A stretch of DNA of 64,000 nt from Gracilinanus agilis (Eukaryota), in NCBI RefSeq assembly GCF_016433145.1, contig NC_058135.1, forward strand, positions 275,136,214 through 275,200,213, read 5' to 3'. Of the stretch, positions 1 through 11,969 are shown in pieces. Both the position numbers and the translations under genes were made by a program. The notes under the pieces were generated by a model. It worked only from the letters and a program-made list of their open reading frames with translations. It was not told the DNA's origin and did not search any database. Numbering within the stretch: position 1 is the stretch's first letter; the number at the start of each line of letters is the position of its first letter.

Positions 1-243
1 TTTTAAGCTGTTATTTTCTTGCCAGATCTCTTCCATTTTCCTCAAAATCTCAGATTTGAACTCTTCCATAGGTTGTGAGGAGTTTTCCTTATTTGGGGAG
101 GGTCTGGATGGTTGTTTGTTCTCCTCCTCTGTTTGCTCGGTTGTCTGGATTTTCTCTGTGTAGAAGCTGTCGAGTGTTAAAGACTTCTTTTTTTTGTTAT
201 TATTCTTTCTCTTCTGAATTTCCTGTAACTGGTTAGCCATCAT
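1..243 (-). CDS. L1 ORF1p N-terminal portion (partial, open to the window edge)
   Basis: Hand translation from ATG 243/240 gives (M)MANQLQEIQKRKNNNKKKKSLTLDSFYTEKIQTTEQTEEENKQPSRPSPNKENSSQPMEEFKSEILRKMEEIWQENNSLK with no stop. It has a basic N-terminus and the start of a coiled coil, directly after the L1 5'UTR. Confidence 0.8.
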   Translation of the reverse strand, partial: MMANQLQEIQKRKNNNKKKKSLTLDSFYTEKIQTTEQTEEENKQPSRPSPNKENSSQPMEEFKSEILRKMEEIWQENNSLK

Positions 244-472
244 TAGCCCAGCAGCTTCTCAGGTTTATCCTCGCTCTCAGTGTCTGTCTGAGATCTATTG
301 GCTCCTGAGGACTGAGTTCTAGTTTTTTCCAAGGTCAAGCCCCCTGGTGGATTCCCTTGCTTGAACCTCTGCAGGAGGTTTCTTTACAAGTCTCAGGGAG
401 CTACTTCCACAGTCGTATACCCGTCTGCACTGGTTCCCCACTTAGGCTTTAGTTCCTGGTTGTGTTTGCCTC

Positions 473-587
473 CACCCACGCCTCTGCTCAGCCGGCACCC
501 ACGCCTCTGCTCAGCCGGCACCCACGCCTCTGCTCAGCTGGCACCCAAGCCTCTGCTCAGCTGGCACCCACGTCTCTGCTCAGCCGG
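473..587. repeat. 23-bp minisatellite, 5 head-to-tail copies, inside the L1 5'UTR
   Basis: Unit CACCCACGCCTCTGCTCAGCCGG at 473, 496, 519, 542 and 565, with 0-2 mismatches and no spacers. Confidence 0.95.
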
Positions 588-1384
588 CGCTCCGCTCCCA
601 GCGTCCGCTCCCGCGGGCGCGCGCGCTCAGATTTCGCGCTCAGATTTCGCATGCGTTCTTGACTTAATGGGGTCCTAAGTCTTGCTGCTCTCAGGAACAG
701 GTCCCGGAGCTGCTGATGACTCAATGGGTGCCCCAAACTTGCTCTATTTCTTTTTAGCTGGGTTCAGAGCTATAGGTGAGTGTGGAGGGGGTGGGGGTGG
801 GGCGGTTGCTCAGCTTGCGCTTGAGTGAGAGCCCTTTTTAGCTTGGAAATGTCTCGATTCCACGTACCTTCCACGCTGTGCCCTGTTGTGGGGTTCCTCC
901 GTTCGTCTGGACTTGTTTTTATGTCCCCTTGAGGAGTTTTGTGTGTTTCGGTCAGGAGAGGTTTAGAGCTGCTTCTTACTCTGCCGCCATCTTAACCCGG
1001 AAGTTCCACCATTTAAAATTTTTAAACTATGTTGTTTATCATCCAAAATCATAAATAAAAGAAAGATTACTGAGGAGAGACTTAGGTTTTATTTCATCAT
1101 AGCCCTAGGCAGAAAGGTCTTAACTCCCTTTATATTGTGTGTGACAAACATATACATATATACACATGCACTAGTATGCATGTTTTATATAACACATATG
1201 TATAACATATAATACATTTAAGTAATTTGTGTGTATAATTCATCATATAAATTTGTGTATGTATATCAAAATATTCATTTTATTTTATGGCCCCATTCAG
1301 AGTACTCTCAACTCCCTTAACATATGTGCATATCTATAAATGTATATATTTATAATATGTAATATATATATATATATATTGTTA

Positions 1385-2235
1385 TGTGGAGATGGAAAGC
1401 ATGGAATCCCTGCAAAGATACAGGGACAGCCTCACCCAGAATTCCAGGGGACCCCCCCTGGAGAACTTTGGGTGAGGGGGCAGTTGAGAGGAATTGGCAG
1501 TTACTTTGTGTAGGTTGAAGTGAGCAGACACCCTGCTTACTACTCCAGACTTGGGGATCACCTGAGAGGCCATTGTGGCATAGCCAGTGTGGTTTCTACA
1601 TAAGGGTTAGCCTGTTTAATAGGATTAGTCTTTGTCAACTTCATTACAACAAATATTTAGTGATTAGAGAGTAAAGATATTCATTAATAGCAAGAGAGCC
1701 AATTTTAGTTAAGTGCCCTCATCCCCTCCTGTGAGGGGGGGAAGGGCAGCTTCAACCTAACAGTTCAGGGTCACCTTTCATTATCCTAAAACCCTCATTA
1801 ACCTCTCTTGTTTTCCTTGTTATTTCCTAATGTAACCTTTACCTTCAATATCTGTGCCTGGAAATTATTTGGGGAATACTCACTACTCAGTCTGGACATC
1901 TAGTTTGAATCCTGTCTGCAGCCAGTTTTAAGAAGATCATCTCTGTCTTCAACAGTTATATAGCTAGCTTCTATTTACTCATCTATCAGACCTGTGAGGA
2001 ATATAAATTAAAGGAAAGGAATATCATTGAGGTTTCAGCCATAACAGAAATTTACCAGAATCTCATCTTGTCTTCATTACCAACTGAAGCAGCAACTGTT
2101 AGAGGGGGAGGGGTTTGAGATCCAGCAGAGTTTAACCCCCTCCTTCCTCACTGAAGCCTGCCAATCTGTGGCTCTTGACTTGAAGCTCTATTTGACCCTG
2201 ACACATCTGCTTCTCCAAATTATCTGTTATTATCA
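1385..2235. mobile_element. possible LTR/ERV-derived segment(s)
   Basis: GC-richer block starting TGTGG, embedded between (TA)n tracts. No clear TSD or family assignment. Confidence 0.3.
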
Positions 2236-3414
2236 TCATAACTATATATATATATATATGTATATATAGTTTTATTTTATGGTACCATATAAGGGAGTCA
2301 ACTCCCTTAACAAATGTGTATATATGTGCATAATATATTGTGCTTATACCTTTATATGCATATATATATGCATATTTCAATAAATCTATGTATTTTATTG
2401 TTTAAAATCATTTAGAGAAGGGATCCACAGGCTTCTTTTGACTTTCCAAGAAGGTCTGGGACACATAGGAAGAGTAACAAAGCTGATCTAAGCCTTTTTA
2501 GAGTGTATGAGAGAGCCAGTAGCATGTCTGAAAGAAATGTTGTATTATAACCATTCTTCTTACCAGTGCAATGCATATAATATAAACTTAATATATTTTG
2601 TTTTCTTTTAAATTTTCATTTAGAACAATTGAAGTGAATTATTATGAATTTAATTCAATTGAATCACATTGAATTGGATTTAATAAAATAGAATTTCCTT
2701 ATGCAATTATACAATGCAAAGTTTCTCCAACAGGTCCTTGGATAAGGGGATGACCAAATACAAATTTCAAATATCCCTTTCTTATACTGACACTACTATA
2801 TATGGTGATTCAGATCAGAACTCACTTAATTACTCCTCTACTTCCCAGTGGCAAATGACCAAAATGAATTATATTTTCATCATAATTTTCTATTTTTTCA
2901 TCCTGGGAGGGTTTGGCATTAATATTTTAAAAAATAGATATGAAATAGCTTCGTGTGTTTGAAAAAAGTGAATGCCTTTTCTCCATTTTTCTTATATTAT
3001 AAATTTAACAATAATTAAGACATATAAGTATTTTAATTTACAAAAAACAAAAAATAATCAAATTTCAATTAAATCCAAAACTGGGAACCTTCTCTTTTTC
3101 CTTAATATATTCTAAACTTTATAAGGTATCAAAAATGTAGCTATTTGTTCAGATATTTTTTAAGAAAATCTCATTCAATAGTTATGACACAGGAGACAGA
3201 AGATTATCTTTAATCATCCCTTGTGGCCACTGGTTAGGGAAATAAACAAAGTAGAATATACCCACAAAGATTCTTAGCAGCCTTATTCCCTCAGGTATTG
3301 AAAATAAATATAAGTTCAAAAACATTATTAGATTGACTTACATGATATTTTAGAATATAATTGCATATTATATGATTCTTTCTACCCTGAATTTGTCCAT
3401 TACATGGCCAATGA

Positions 3415-3558
3415 AAACTAATTAAAGCTTTTTTTTGCTATTCTAATATATTTCATGAACTTACTGATTCATAATTCTGAGAATGGTATTATTTTTTCAC
3501 CCATAGAATAAAAGGAAGAGGAAATATATCAGCCAAGAGAGCACACCTTCAGGTAAGT
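3415..3558 (+). promoter_or_regulatory. candidate promoter and non-coding exon donor of the OR at 6046
   Basis: CTAATTA homeodomain site near 3418 and perfect donor CAG|GTAAGT (GT at 3553). O/E-like TTCCCTCAGG near 3285. Confidence 0.4.
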
Positions 3559-5659
3559 CAATGGATCTGAATATCATTGAACTTGCCTTACACAGTTTCA
3601 GTTCCTGGAAATCAGAGACATTTTATTGGCATCCCTATGGTTAGTGTATGAGAAAGGTGCTTCTGGGCAAAAATAATTTTTAAGTTGAAATGGTGTCAGT
3701 TCTAATGGTCATAATTTTCTATCACTCTAGTATATGTTACATACAAAACATATTGCTAAATCCTGGGAAATAAAACAGTTTTAAGGATAATTCCTGCCCT
3801 CAAGAAAATTAAAAGTTATGTGAGACTAGAGAACTTTTTCCCCCCTACTTCAAGAGCCTCTCATTTCTTATGTGTTTGTTATCTCTTCAATAATAAATAT
3901 CGTAAAGATTCCCTGACAATCAATATTTTGGGAGAATTGTATTCCACCCCTGCTCCCCATTCTCCCCAACAAACAAAAAGAATATCCTACAAGAACTTTA
4001 ATAGATAACCAGTTTGTGATTGTACTTTACCATAATACCCATGCATAGAGTTTTTCAAGATTGATTAGACCTGCCAAAGTTCAAGTTCTACTGTCCCAAA
4101 TATTTATAGGGATAATTAAACTTGTGTTTGTTAATATAAGGAAATCTTATTTTAACAAATATAACTCCAACTATTAACTCAGGTAACTTAGAAGGTCACT
4201 GACAACACTCAGAGATTAAATAGTTTGTCCATGAAGACACAACATATGTCAGAATTAGCATTTGAATCTAGGTTGTCTTGGACCTAAGTCCAGAATTCCA
4301 TTTTCTTTGCTTCTTAGCAACACTATTGTCTTATCTTTCTATAGATCTGGGTGGTTATCATGTAATGATTATAGGAGAAGATTTTTCAGGTCGAATGATG
4401 GAAAAGTTTTACACATACACTTGCATATATGTGTATGGTTTTGATGTGGTAGGGAGACACTGATATGGGAACATATGTTAAAAAGAAAATAAGTACTGGG
4501 GATACAAGAAACCTAAGATAATTCCTTATCTCAAACAGTTCATGGTCCTGTGCAAGAAAAAAGTAAGAATTATTTATAAAGAAGCTATACACAGGATAAA
4601 TTGGCAATTATCAAAAAAAGATTTTAGTGGGGGGGAGAACAGGGGGTGAAGTGAAAGTAGGGGCATGAAGCATGTAAACAGGTTAAAATGAATATTGATA
4701 AATGTTTAAAATAAAATTTTATATAAAAAAAGATTTTAGAATTAAGAAGCTTTCGAGAAAGACATATCTTAGAAGAATGGCTTTTTGCTGGAAATTGATG
4801 GAATTCTGGGAAACTGTGGAAACCGTGAAAAAGACAAAAGGAGAGTGAAAATTTCAGTGTTATGAGTAGCCAGTTAAAATGTCCAAATTAGGAAGATGCA
4901 AGGTCTTTTTAATGAATAGTGAAAGGAACAGAGTTATTGGAACACAGTGTAGATGGCTAAGTTGTAGGAAGAGACTGGAAAGATTGAAGGTTGAGCAGTA
5001 GAAGAGGTTGTAAAGGTCTTTGAACACAAAACAGGATCATATTAGTTCCAGGAGGTGATAGTCACTGGAGCTGCTTAAATGGGGAGTTTGTGCAATCATT
5101 AGACCTATGCTTTTTGAAGACCATATTGACACTTAGGTGGAGATTAGACCACAAAAGGGATAGACTTGCGGTAGAGCCACCAATCAGTGGATTATTGCAA
5201 TATACTAGATAAGAGATGGTTTATTCTCAATTTCAACTGTCCTAGATTACCCGAGGAGATCCCATCTCCCCCAGAAAATGTCTTCCTGAAGCTGAAATGA
5301 AAAGGGGCTCCAAAACTCGCAGTTTAGCTTGTACACTGTTTTCAACATTCCTTGGCTAATCTTTTCCTGGATAATCAGTGGAAGAACCAAGATGGCATTC
5401 TCAAAATTCACACACTTACTCTAAATGGCAAATTATCTCACCTACTCTACATGAGACTACTGAAATCACCATACTTTGAAACACACTCCCCAAACTTAAT
5501 TTTATTTTTCTAAGATCATTCAAATGTGTGACCACAAGCTATGTACCTTATGTTATTAGTTCTATTGTGACCTACCACATCATTCCCATATTAGCATCAT
5601 GACCAACAAATAATCCATACAAACCTTGGGGATCTTGATGAACTTCCCCTTCCAGAATA

Positions 5660-5898
5660 CTATAATTGTTTGGTTGTATCTTAGACGTCAGGCCTGATTT
5701 GGGGTATTCTCGGGAAAGGTATTGGGATGGTTTGCCATTCCCTTCTCTAGCTCATTTTAAGATAGGGAAACTGAAGCAAACAGGGTTAAGTGAATGGCTC
5801 AGGATAATACAACTATTAAATATATTTGGCTGGATTAAAACTTCGGACTTCCTGACTCCAGACCTGGTTCTTTCTATCCACTTTGCCATCTAGTTGTC
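5660..5898 (-). mobile_element. MAR1/MIR-core marsupial SINE
   Basis: Reverse-complement MIR core (GAAACTGAAGCA...GGTTAAGTGA...CTTCCTGACTCCAG) with an RTE-like tail (GGTTTGCCATTCCCTTCTCTAGCTC). Confidence 0.65.
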
Positions 5899-6014
5899 AC
5901 ATTCAGAATGTACAATGCTATGTCTCCATTTTTCCTTTGCAGACTTTAAAGTCTCAAACTTTACCTCTTCTTTTTCTGAATGTCTTCCAGGCTCATAAAT
6001 ATTGTGTCTAAAGA

Positions 6015-6040
6015 TTAACCTTTTATTTCTTCCCCTTTAG
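6015..6040 (+). promoter_or_regulatory. 3' splice acceptor preceding the OR coding exon (alternative acceptor at 5990)
   Basis: TTAACCTTTTATTTCTTCCCCTTTAG|GTACTATG: branch-like TTAAC, pyrimidine tract, and AG at 6039-6040, 5 nt before the ATG. A second tract ends TCTTCCAG at 5990. Confidence 0.7.
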
Positions 6041-6045
6041 GTACT

Positions 6046-7005
6046 ATGCTGAGCACTGACAAGAACCAAAGTGGTACGGTCACATTCATCCTCTTAGGAT
6101 TTTCTGATACACCAGAGCTCCAGGTCCCACTCTTTCTGGTGTTCCTTGTCATTTATATTGTGACTGTGGTGGGGAATCTGGGGATGATTACAATTATTAA
6201 GATCAACCCCAAACTCCACACTCCTATGTACTTTTTTCTCAGCCACTTGTCCTTTGTGGATTTTTGTTACTCTACTGTGGTTACCCCTAAATTGCTGGAG
6301 AACTTAGCTGTGGCAGATAGAACAATTTCCTTCAGGGGATGCATCACTCAGTTCTTTTTTGCTTGCACATTTGTGGTGACAGAAACATTCATGTTGGCAG
6401 TGATGGCCTATGACCGTGTCATAGCCATTTCCAATCCCTTGATGTACACAGTAGCCATGTCTCAGACACTTTGTACCTTGCTGGTGACTGGGACATATGC
6501 ATGGGGTATTGTCACTTCCCTTGTCATCATGTTCTCTCTCCTTTCATTATCCTTTCATCGATTTAGCATCCTGAATAACTTTCTCTGTGAATATTCTGTC
6601 ATCCTGTCTGCTTCCTGCTCTGATACCTATGTGAGCAAAATGCTCCTTTTCACCTTTGCTACCTTCAATGAGGTGAGCTCACTTGTAATAATCCTCACCT
6701 CCTATCTTTTTATTTTGGTCACTGTGATACAAATGGATTCAGCAAAGGGGAGGAGGAAAGCTTTCTCCACATGCACCTCACATTTCATGGCCATTACTAT
6801 CTACCATGGGACAATTCTCTTCCTCTACTGTGTACCCAGGAATCAGAATCTAAAGGAGGAGATCAAAGTAGCCTCTGTATTTTATACGGTAATAATTCCT
6901 ATGCTGAATCCCCTGATCTACAGTCTGAGAAACAAAGATGTGAAGGAAGCTGTCACCAATCTAAAGTTCACAAAAATATTATATCAATTAATTTGTTCTC
7001 ATTAA
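6046..7005 (+). CDS. OR5D13-like: olfactory receptor, class II family 5, OR5D13-like (319 aa)
   Basis: N-glycosylation NQS; [28 protein letters not shown] and [15 protein letters not shown] motifs. [23 protein letters not shown] and EVSSL match recalled OR5D13 features. Confidence 0.93.
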   Translation: MLSTDKNQSGTVTFILLGFSDTPELQVPLFLVFLVIYIVTVVGNLGMITIIKINPKLHTPMYFFLSHLSFVDFCYSTVVTPKLLENLAVADRTISFRGCITQFFFACTFVVTETFMLAVMAYDRVIAISNPLMYTVAMSQTLCTLLVTGTYAWGIVTSLVIMFSLLSLSFHRFSILNNFLCEYSVILSASCSDTYVSKMLLFTFATFNEVSSLVIILTSYLFILVTVIQMDSAKGRRKAFSTCTSHFMAITIYHGTILFLYCVPRNQNLKEEIKVASVFYTVIIPMLNPLIYSLRNKDVKEAVTNLKFTKILYQLICSH

Positions 7006-7689
7006 CTCTCTGTTTTATACCCTCATTTTACATTTTACTTTCTCCACTATTCAATAATGCTAGACTTTGTTCTGTTCCTTACACACAATTCATTTTCCCT
7101 CTCTGTTTTTTTTTTATTTGTCAAACTCTCTGGAAAAATGGAATATATTTCCTCCTTGCCTTCTAAATTCCTATTCTTCTTTGCAGACACATTTCAAACA
7201 CTACCTTTTACACAAACTTTTTATCCTAACTGCTTTCCCCCTCAAATGTTATTTCTTTTTCTCCCTATCTTATACTTGAATATTTTGGAGGGCACTGATT
7301 TGATCTATACTCATTATTTATATTTTTCTATGATATTTGTTACTTCCTTAGTAAAATGTAAAGATCATTTTCATCTTTGTAGTTGTAACCCCAGACCCTA
7401 GTACATGACTTGACTCATAGCAGACACTTCATGAATTCTTGTTTACTTACTTTATCTTTAAGCATTACAGACCATTTCTTAGGTTTGAGTCAGGCCTGCA
7501 ATTCTATCATTTACTTTTCCCTAAACACATTGTTTCTAACCCTCCTTTTTTCCCATCATGCTTTCTTGATTTATTCATTAGAAATTTAATTGTTCTAATG
7601 GATTCATGATATTATTGATATGAGCAATCCCTCCACCAGCCATGCACTCTTACCTTCATTAGCTGTGAAATTCCTATTCAACTCTTTCT

Positions 7690-8345
7690 TCTTCACTAAA
7701 GAGGATAAACCATAAGTCGTCTGGTGGGTCTCCCTGCTTCAAATCTTTCTCCATTCCAATATCCTTCATTCAGCCTTGAAAACAACCTTCCTAAAATGCA
7801 ACTCCAAACATTGTGTCCCCATACTCAGTGAATTCCATTGCTTCCTGTCACCTCAAGGTTCAAATACTCTACCTGGTATTCAAAGCCTTGCATAATGTAC
7901 TTTACTCCCACCTTTCCAGACTTGTTATACCTTACTCCTTACCATATATTCTTTACTATAGTTAATGTTATCTTTTCCAGGCTGAGAACAAGAAACTCTG
8001 TCAGCTCAAGAAAATTCATCTGGCTATCCACCATGCCTGGAATGCTCTCCCTTCATATTTTGCCTTTACAGCTACTTTTTTCTTTTTTATCTTAAATAAA
8101 AAACTGTTTTTCTACAAGAAATATTTCCTAGCATCTCCTAATTCTAGTGCCTTCCCTTTATTAATTATTTTCTATGTGCATAGATCTCATATACCTATTT
8201 GTTTGCATGTTGACTCCTCCAGTAAATTGTGAGCCCAAGGTGGGCAGGGAATAGATTTTGTGTCATAATAAAAAAAAAAGTATCCTAGTGCTAAACACAG
8301 TGCCTAGAACATATTAGGTGTTTAACAATTATTTACTGACTGATT
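7690..8345 (+). mobile_element. old LINE-2 3' fragment
   Basis: L2-like CATGCCTGGAATGCTCTCCC and terminal ACAGTGCCTAGAACATATTAGGTGTTTAACAATTATTTACTGACTGA. Confidence 0.6.
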
Positions 8346-8701
8346 TACTGGGGCTAGGTGATAGCAACCTTCTTTTAATGTTCCCTAGGCATCATGGCAT
8401 TTCCAATTGGGCATAAATTACTTTGCATCTGTTTTTGGCTTATTTTCTTTTTTGACCATCTGTTTCAAGGATGGTACATTTTATGATCCACTTTACTCCT
8501 CCCTTGCTGCCACACTGAATCTCCTTCTCTATCCTTAAAAATTTTAAAGGCAAAGATTATGCCATTATTTATCTTTGTATCTTCCAGGTGACTTGACAGA
8601 ATTCTCTGCATATAGTTGGTGCTAAAACAAAATAGAACAGAATAGAACATAGATCAATACATTTAAAGAAGTCATTTTAACTATAAACAGTAAATGCTTT
8701 T

Positions 8702-8893
8702 TTTATTTTAGTTTTTTAAACCCTTAACTTCTGTGTATTGGTTCCTTGGTAGAAGAGTGGTAAGGGTGGTCAATGGGGGTCAAGTGACTTGCCCAGGATC
8801 ACACAGCTGGGAAGTGTCTGAGACCGGATTTGAACCTAGGACCTCCCGTCTCTAGGCCTGACTCTCAATCCACTGAGCTACCCAGCTGCCCCC
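8702..8893 (-). mobile_element. SINE1_Mdo-type tRNA-derived SINE
   Basis: Reverse complement of GGGGCAGCTGGGTAGCTCAGTGGATTGAGAG...GGGTTTAAAA, flanked by the TSD ACAGTAAATGCTTTT. Confidence 0.9.
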
Positions 8894-10664
8894 TGACAGT
8901 AAATGCTTTTTAAAAATATCTGCTTATATTTATGCTGTGTAATCATTAAAATGTAGTTTTCTTAATTAAATTAAGTTCAGTATAATTAAATTATTATGTT
9001 GCCACTTCAAAAATTATTTCTTTTGACTCTCAGTTTATGTTCCTCTTGGTGATCCTGAGATGAATCTTGGAGGTCACCTGAGATAGTGTTCCTGAGGCAG
9101 AAAAAGTAAAGAATTCTCAAATGACCTTAGCATAAATTGGGACCAACATTCCCTCATTTTGACCTTCTAATTAGAAAGTTCTGGTTATGATGAACTGCTC
9201 CTTGAGGGAGTATCCAGGTTTTCAGTACATCATTTTGTGCATTACTCCTTATCTTACTCTTGCCTTTCTTCATCTTAGAATCTGAGACCAGAAAGGATTA
9301 GTCAAGAATTTCTTCCAAGGGAATTAATCAAGAACAAACTTATCTCTCCTCCCTTTTCTTCCTATCCTGCATGGTAAAAATGTCTACTTTTCCTTTGGAG
9401 TATTGATGACGGGTTTATGTAAGGAATATCATATTTTCATCATCCTGTTTTCACCTTCCAGAGACTGTGAAATAATGTAACACTTGAAAATTATTAAAGG
9501 GATATCTTACCAACTGATCATAATTCACTTTACATATGCTTTGGGGGAAAAATCTGTAGTTCATGACTTCAAGATTGTAACAATCCACCTTGCTTTGAGA
9601 AGCTCTTTTCACACTTGCTGGTTTTCTGTGCATGATGTCATTTTTAATGTGAATATAGATTACGAGGGCCATCCATATCATCTATTTTTCAGCTCAGAGA
9701 GAGAGGTAAAAAGCCTTGCAAGACTATGCTTTTCATTATTAAAGATGAAGAAAAATATTCTATGATTTTGAGAAACTTTGCTTCAGATAGGCCTTCCCTA
9801 GAACATTTTTTTTGACTAGTAGAATATAATCATTCAAGTTCAGTTACACTTTTTCAAAATTTTATCATGAGTGTCTCTCTCATAGCCTGACACAAGATAT
9901 ATACTTTAAAAATACTTATTGAGTTGAATATAATATGACAAATAACTGATTATTTTTCCTAAAATCTTGGAAGATAATTTCGGTTTTTTAAGTTCATTCA
10001 TTTATTTAATTAATTTAGAATATTTTTTCCATGATTCATGTTCTTTTCCTCCCCTCTTCCCACTCCCCTTCCATAGCCAACGAGCAATGCCACTGTGTTT
10101 TACATGTGTCAATGATGGAAGATCATTTTATTTTCATGTATATTCATGTATAGCATCACCATAATTTAATTTTCCAATCATCCTCTCTGGGTAGATTTTA
10201 AGAGGACTGTTTCCACCATTTTGCACATTAAGAAATTAGAAGGCTTAGAGTTTGAAAATTGCTAGTTTTGAGATAGATCATAAATATCACAGAGAGTATT
10301 TGAAGCTATCTCCATTACTCCAACCCTGGCACAGGGACCATTATGCAATGGAGTATTTGGATTTAAATTACGAGATAGTAGGACTTAATTTAATGGTTCC
10401 TCATTTGCCACTTAGATACTCTTTGTATTTCAAAATGATTCTTCCAGAGGTAGTTCTTATAGGAATGGGAAGAATTCGCTAGTCCAAACATCCTCTAGTA
10501 CATGGATCTGTCAGTTCACATGGAACAACTAGTCCCTTCTTTGTAAAGGGGGATTAACAGCTTGTAAAACATAAAGTTTTTGCCACAGCTTCCTTTTATT
10601 GCATCATTTTGGAACCCTCCACATCATTATTTACCTTTGGGATTTTGCATTAGCTACAAAGGAG

Positions 10665-10898
10665 TCAAGATAATTAGCTTCAGTATACTTTCTCCTGGGA
10701 TTTCAAGGAAATGGTCCTTTGAAAAGAGGGCCCAAGAGGCTTGGAGATTCTAAATTATATGGCTTATAGCTTAGCAGAAACTCACAAGGGCTCATGCCCC
10801 AAAGGTCAAAGAGATATGTAAGATCCAGAGAATTGGCCCCAGATTCTGTTTCCAGACGTAAGAATTTTGAGACTCATTTCTCTCTCCAGCAGGTAAGG
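10665..10898 (+). promoter_or_regulatory. candidate promoter and first non-coding exon of the OR5D14-like gene
   Basis: TAATTA (10671-76) lies about 15 bp from O/E site TCTCCTGGGA (10691-10700). A second O/E-like CCCAAGAG is near 10732, and donor CAG|GTAAGG has its GT at 10893. Confidence 0.55.
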
Positions 10899-11091
10899 AG
10901 ATGGTTTTTCATCTCCTTTTCCACTTTATATGTTAGGAAAAATGTTATTCCTGTTATGTAAAGCATCAAGAAATTTCATCCATTTACCCATCCCTCAATA
11001 CATTCCACAGCAAGTATTTATTGAATTATATATGTGTGCAAGATATTTTATGAAGTGTAGGAGATACATTGATTAAAAATAATGGAGATCT

Positions 11092-11270
11092 GGGGGCAGC
11101 TGGGTAGCTCAGTGGATTGAGAGCCAGGCCTAGAGACGGGAGGTCCTAGGACCAAATCAGGCCTCAGACACTTCCCAGCTGTGTGACCCTGGACAAGTCA
11201 CTTGACCCCCATTGCCTATCCTTACCACTCTTCCACCTATGAGTCAATGCACAGAAGTTAAGGGTTTAAA
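11092..11270 (+). mobile_element. SINE1_Mdo-type SINE
   Basis: GGGGCAGCTGGGTAGCTCAGTGGATTGAGAGCCAGGCCTAGAGACGGGAGG..., TSD AAAAATAATGGAG. Confidence 0.9.
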
Positions 11271-11770
11271 AAAATAATGGAGGTCCTCTTATGAAAGAAT
11301 ATATAGTTTAGATTGAAAGGATGCCCCACATACAAGGTATAACACCATGTTTATTAGGATAGGGGCAAAGGAGTAATCCAGATAAAATGTTCTAGGGAAT
11401 CTTGAAGATAACAAAGCTCTCCTAGATAAGAATGAAGTGGTAATTTTAGAGAAGATAAAAAAATGGTGTATATCTTATTATTCCAAAATGTGTATATTTT
11501 AAAATGCTATATAAGACCTAGGTTTGATGTTAAATTAAGTGAAACTTTTTTTTCCAAACATAATGAAAGATCTATACGAATACAGGAAGTCACGGTAGAC
11601 TAATAACAGACTGGCTAAGTAACATATAGTAGAACAACATTATTGGAATTAAAAAAAAACAAACAAATATAAAAGTAGTAACATGAAGAAGGTCTGAGAA
11701 ATTACAGTGAAACTAGATTATAGAGTGCCTTGAATGCTAGGTTAGCATATTTACATTTAATTTTATAGGC

Positions 11771-11969
11771 CAGTGATAGGCAAACTATGGCCTGTGGGGC
11801 AGATGTGGGCCCCCTGAAATGTTCTGTCTGGCTGGGTAACATTATTCCTAATTTGACAAATACAATGAGTAGGATACAATACTATGAAACTTTGAAAGCG
11901 TTGCCTTAGAAACAGACTGACAGATGAGCATTTCCTTTGGCCCCTCTTTAAAAAGTTTGCCCATCACTG
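11771..11969 (+). mobile_element. non-autonomous hAT (Charlie-type) MITE, family A, copy 1
   Basis: TIR CAGTGATAGGCAAA...TTTGCCCATCACTG; 8-bp TSD TTATAGGC/GTATAGGC. Confidence 0.92.

Larger units (their letters stand above)
1..1007 (-). mobile_element. 5' end of a young, probably full-length LINE-1 (5'UTR plus start of ORF1), continuing beyond the window's left edge
   Basis: The minus strand begins GGAACTTCCGGGTTAAGATGGCGGCAG, with a YY1-type AAGATGGCG motif at 985-993. The CpG-rich UTR (590-660) keeps its CpGs. The flank 1008-1023 reads AAAAATTTTAAATGGT on the minus strand after TTT, matching an L1 endonuclease TT/AAAA site. Confidence 0.9.

Noticed and set aside
473-587. 23-bp direct repeats as a CRISPR-like array
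   Set aside because: The units are head-to-tail with no spacers, lie within an L1 5'UTR in a mammalian genome, and have no cas genes nearby.
361-678. 105-aa and 66-aa + strand ORFs as an L1 ORF0 analogue
   Set aside because: They use non-ATG starts, and their length comes from the stop-free GC-rich minisatellite. Nothing supports translation.
6771-7401. Alternative-frame and downstream ORFs overlapping OR genes (also 14739, 15015, 25084, 38536, 38638, 50579)
   Set aside because: These are shadow frames of OR coding sequence or low-complexity T-rich 3' DNA, with no recognisable domains.
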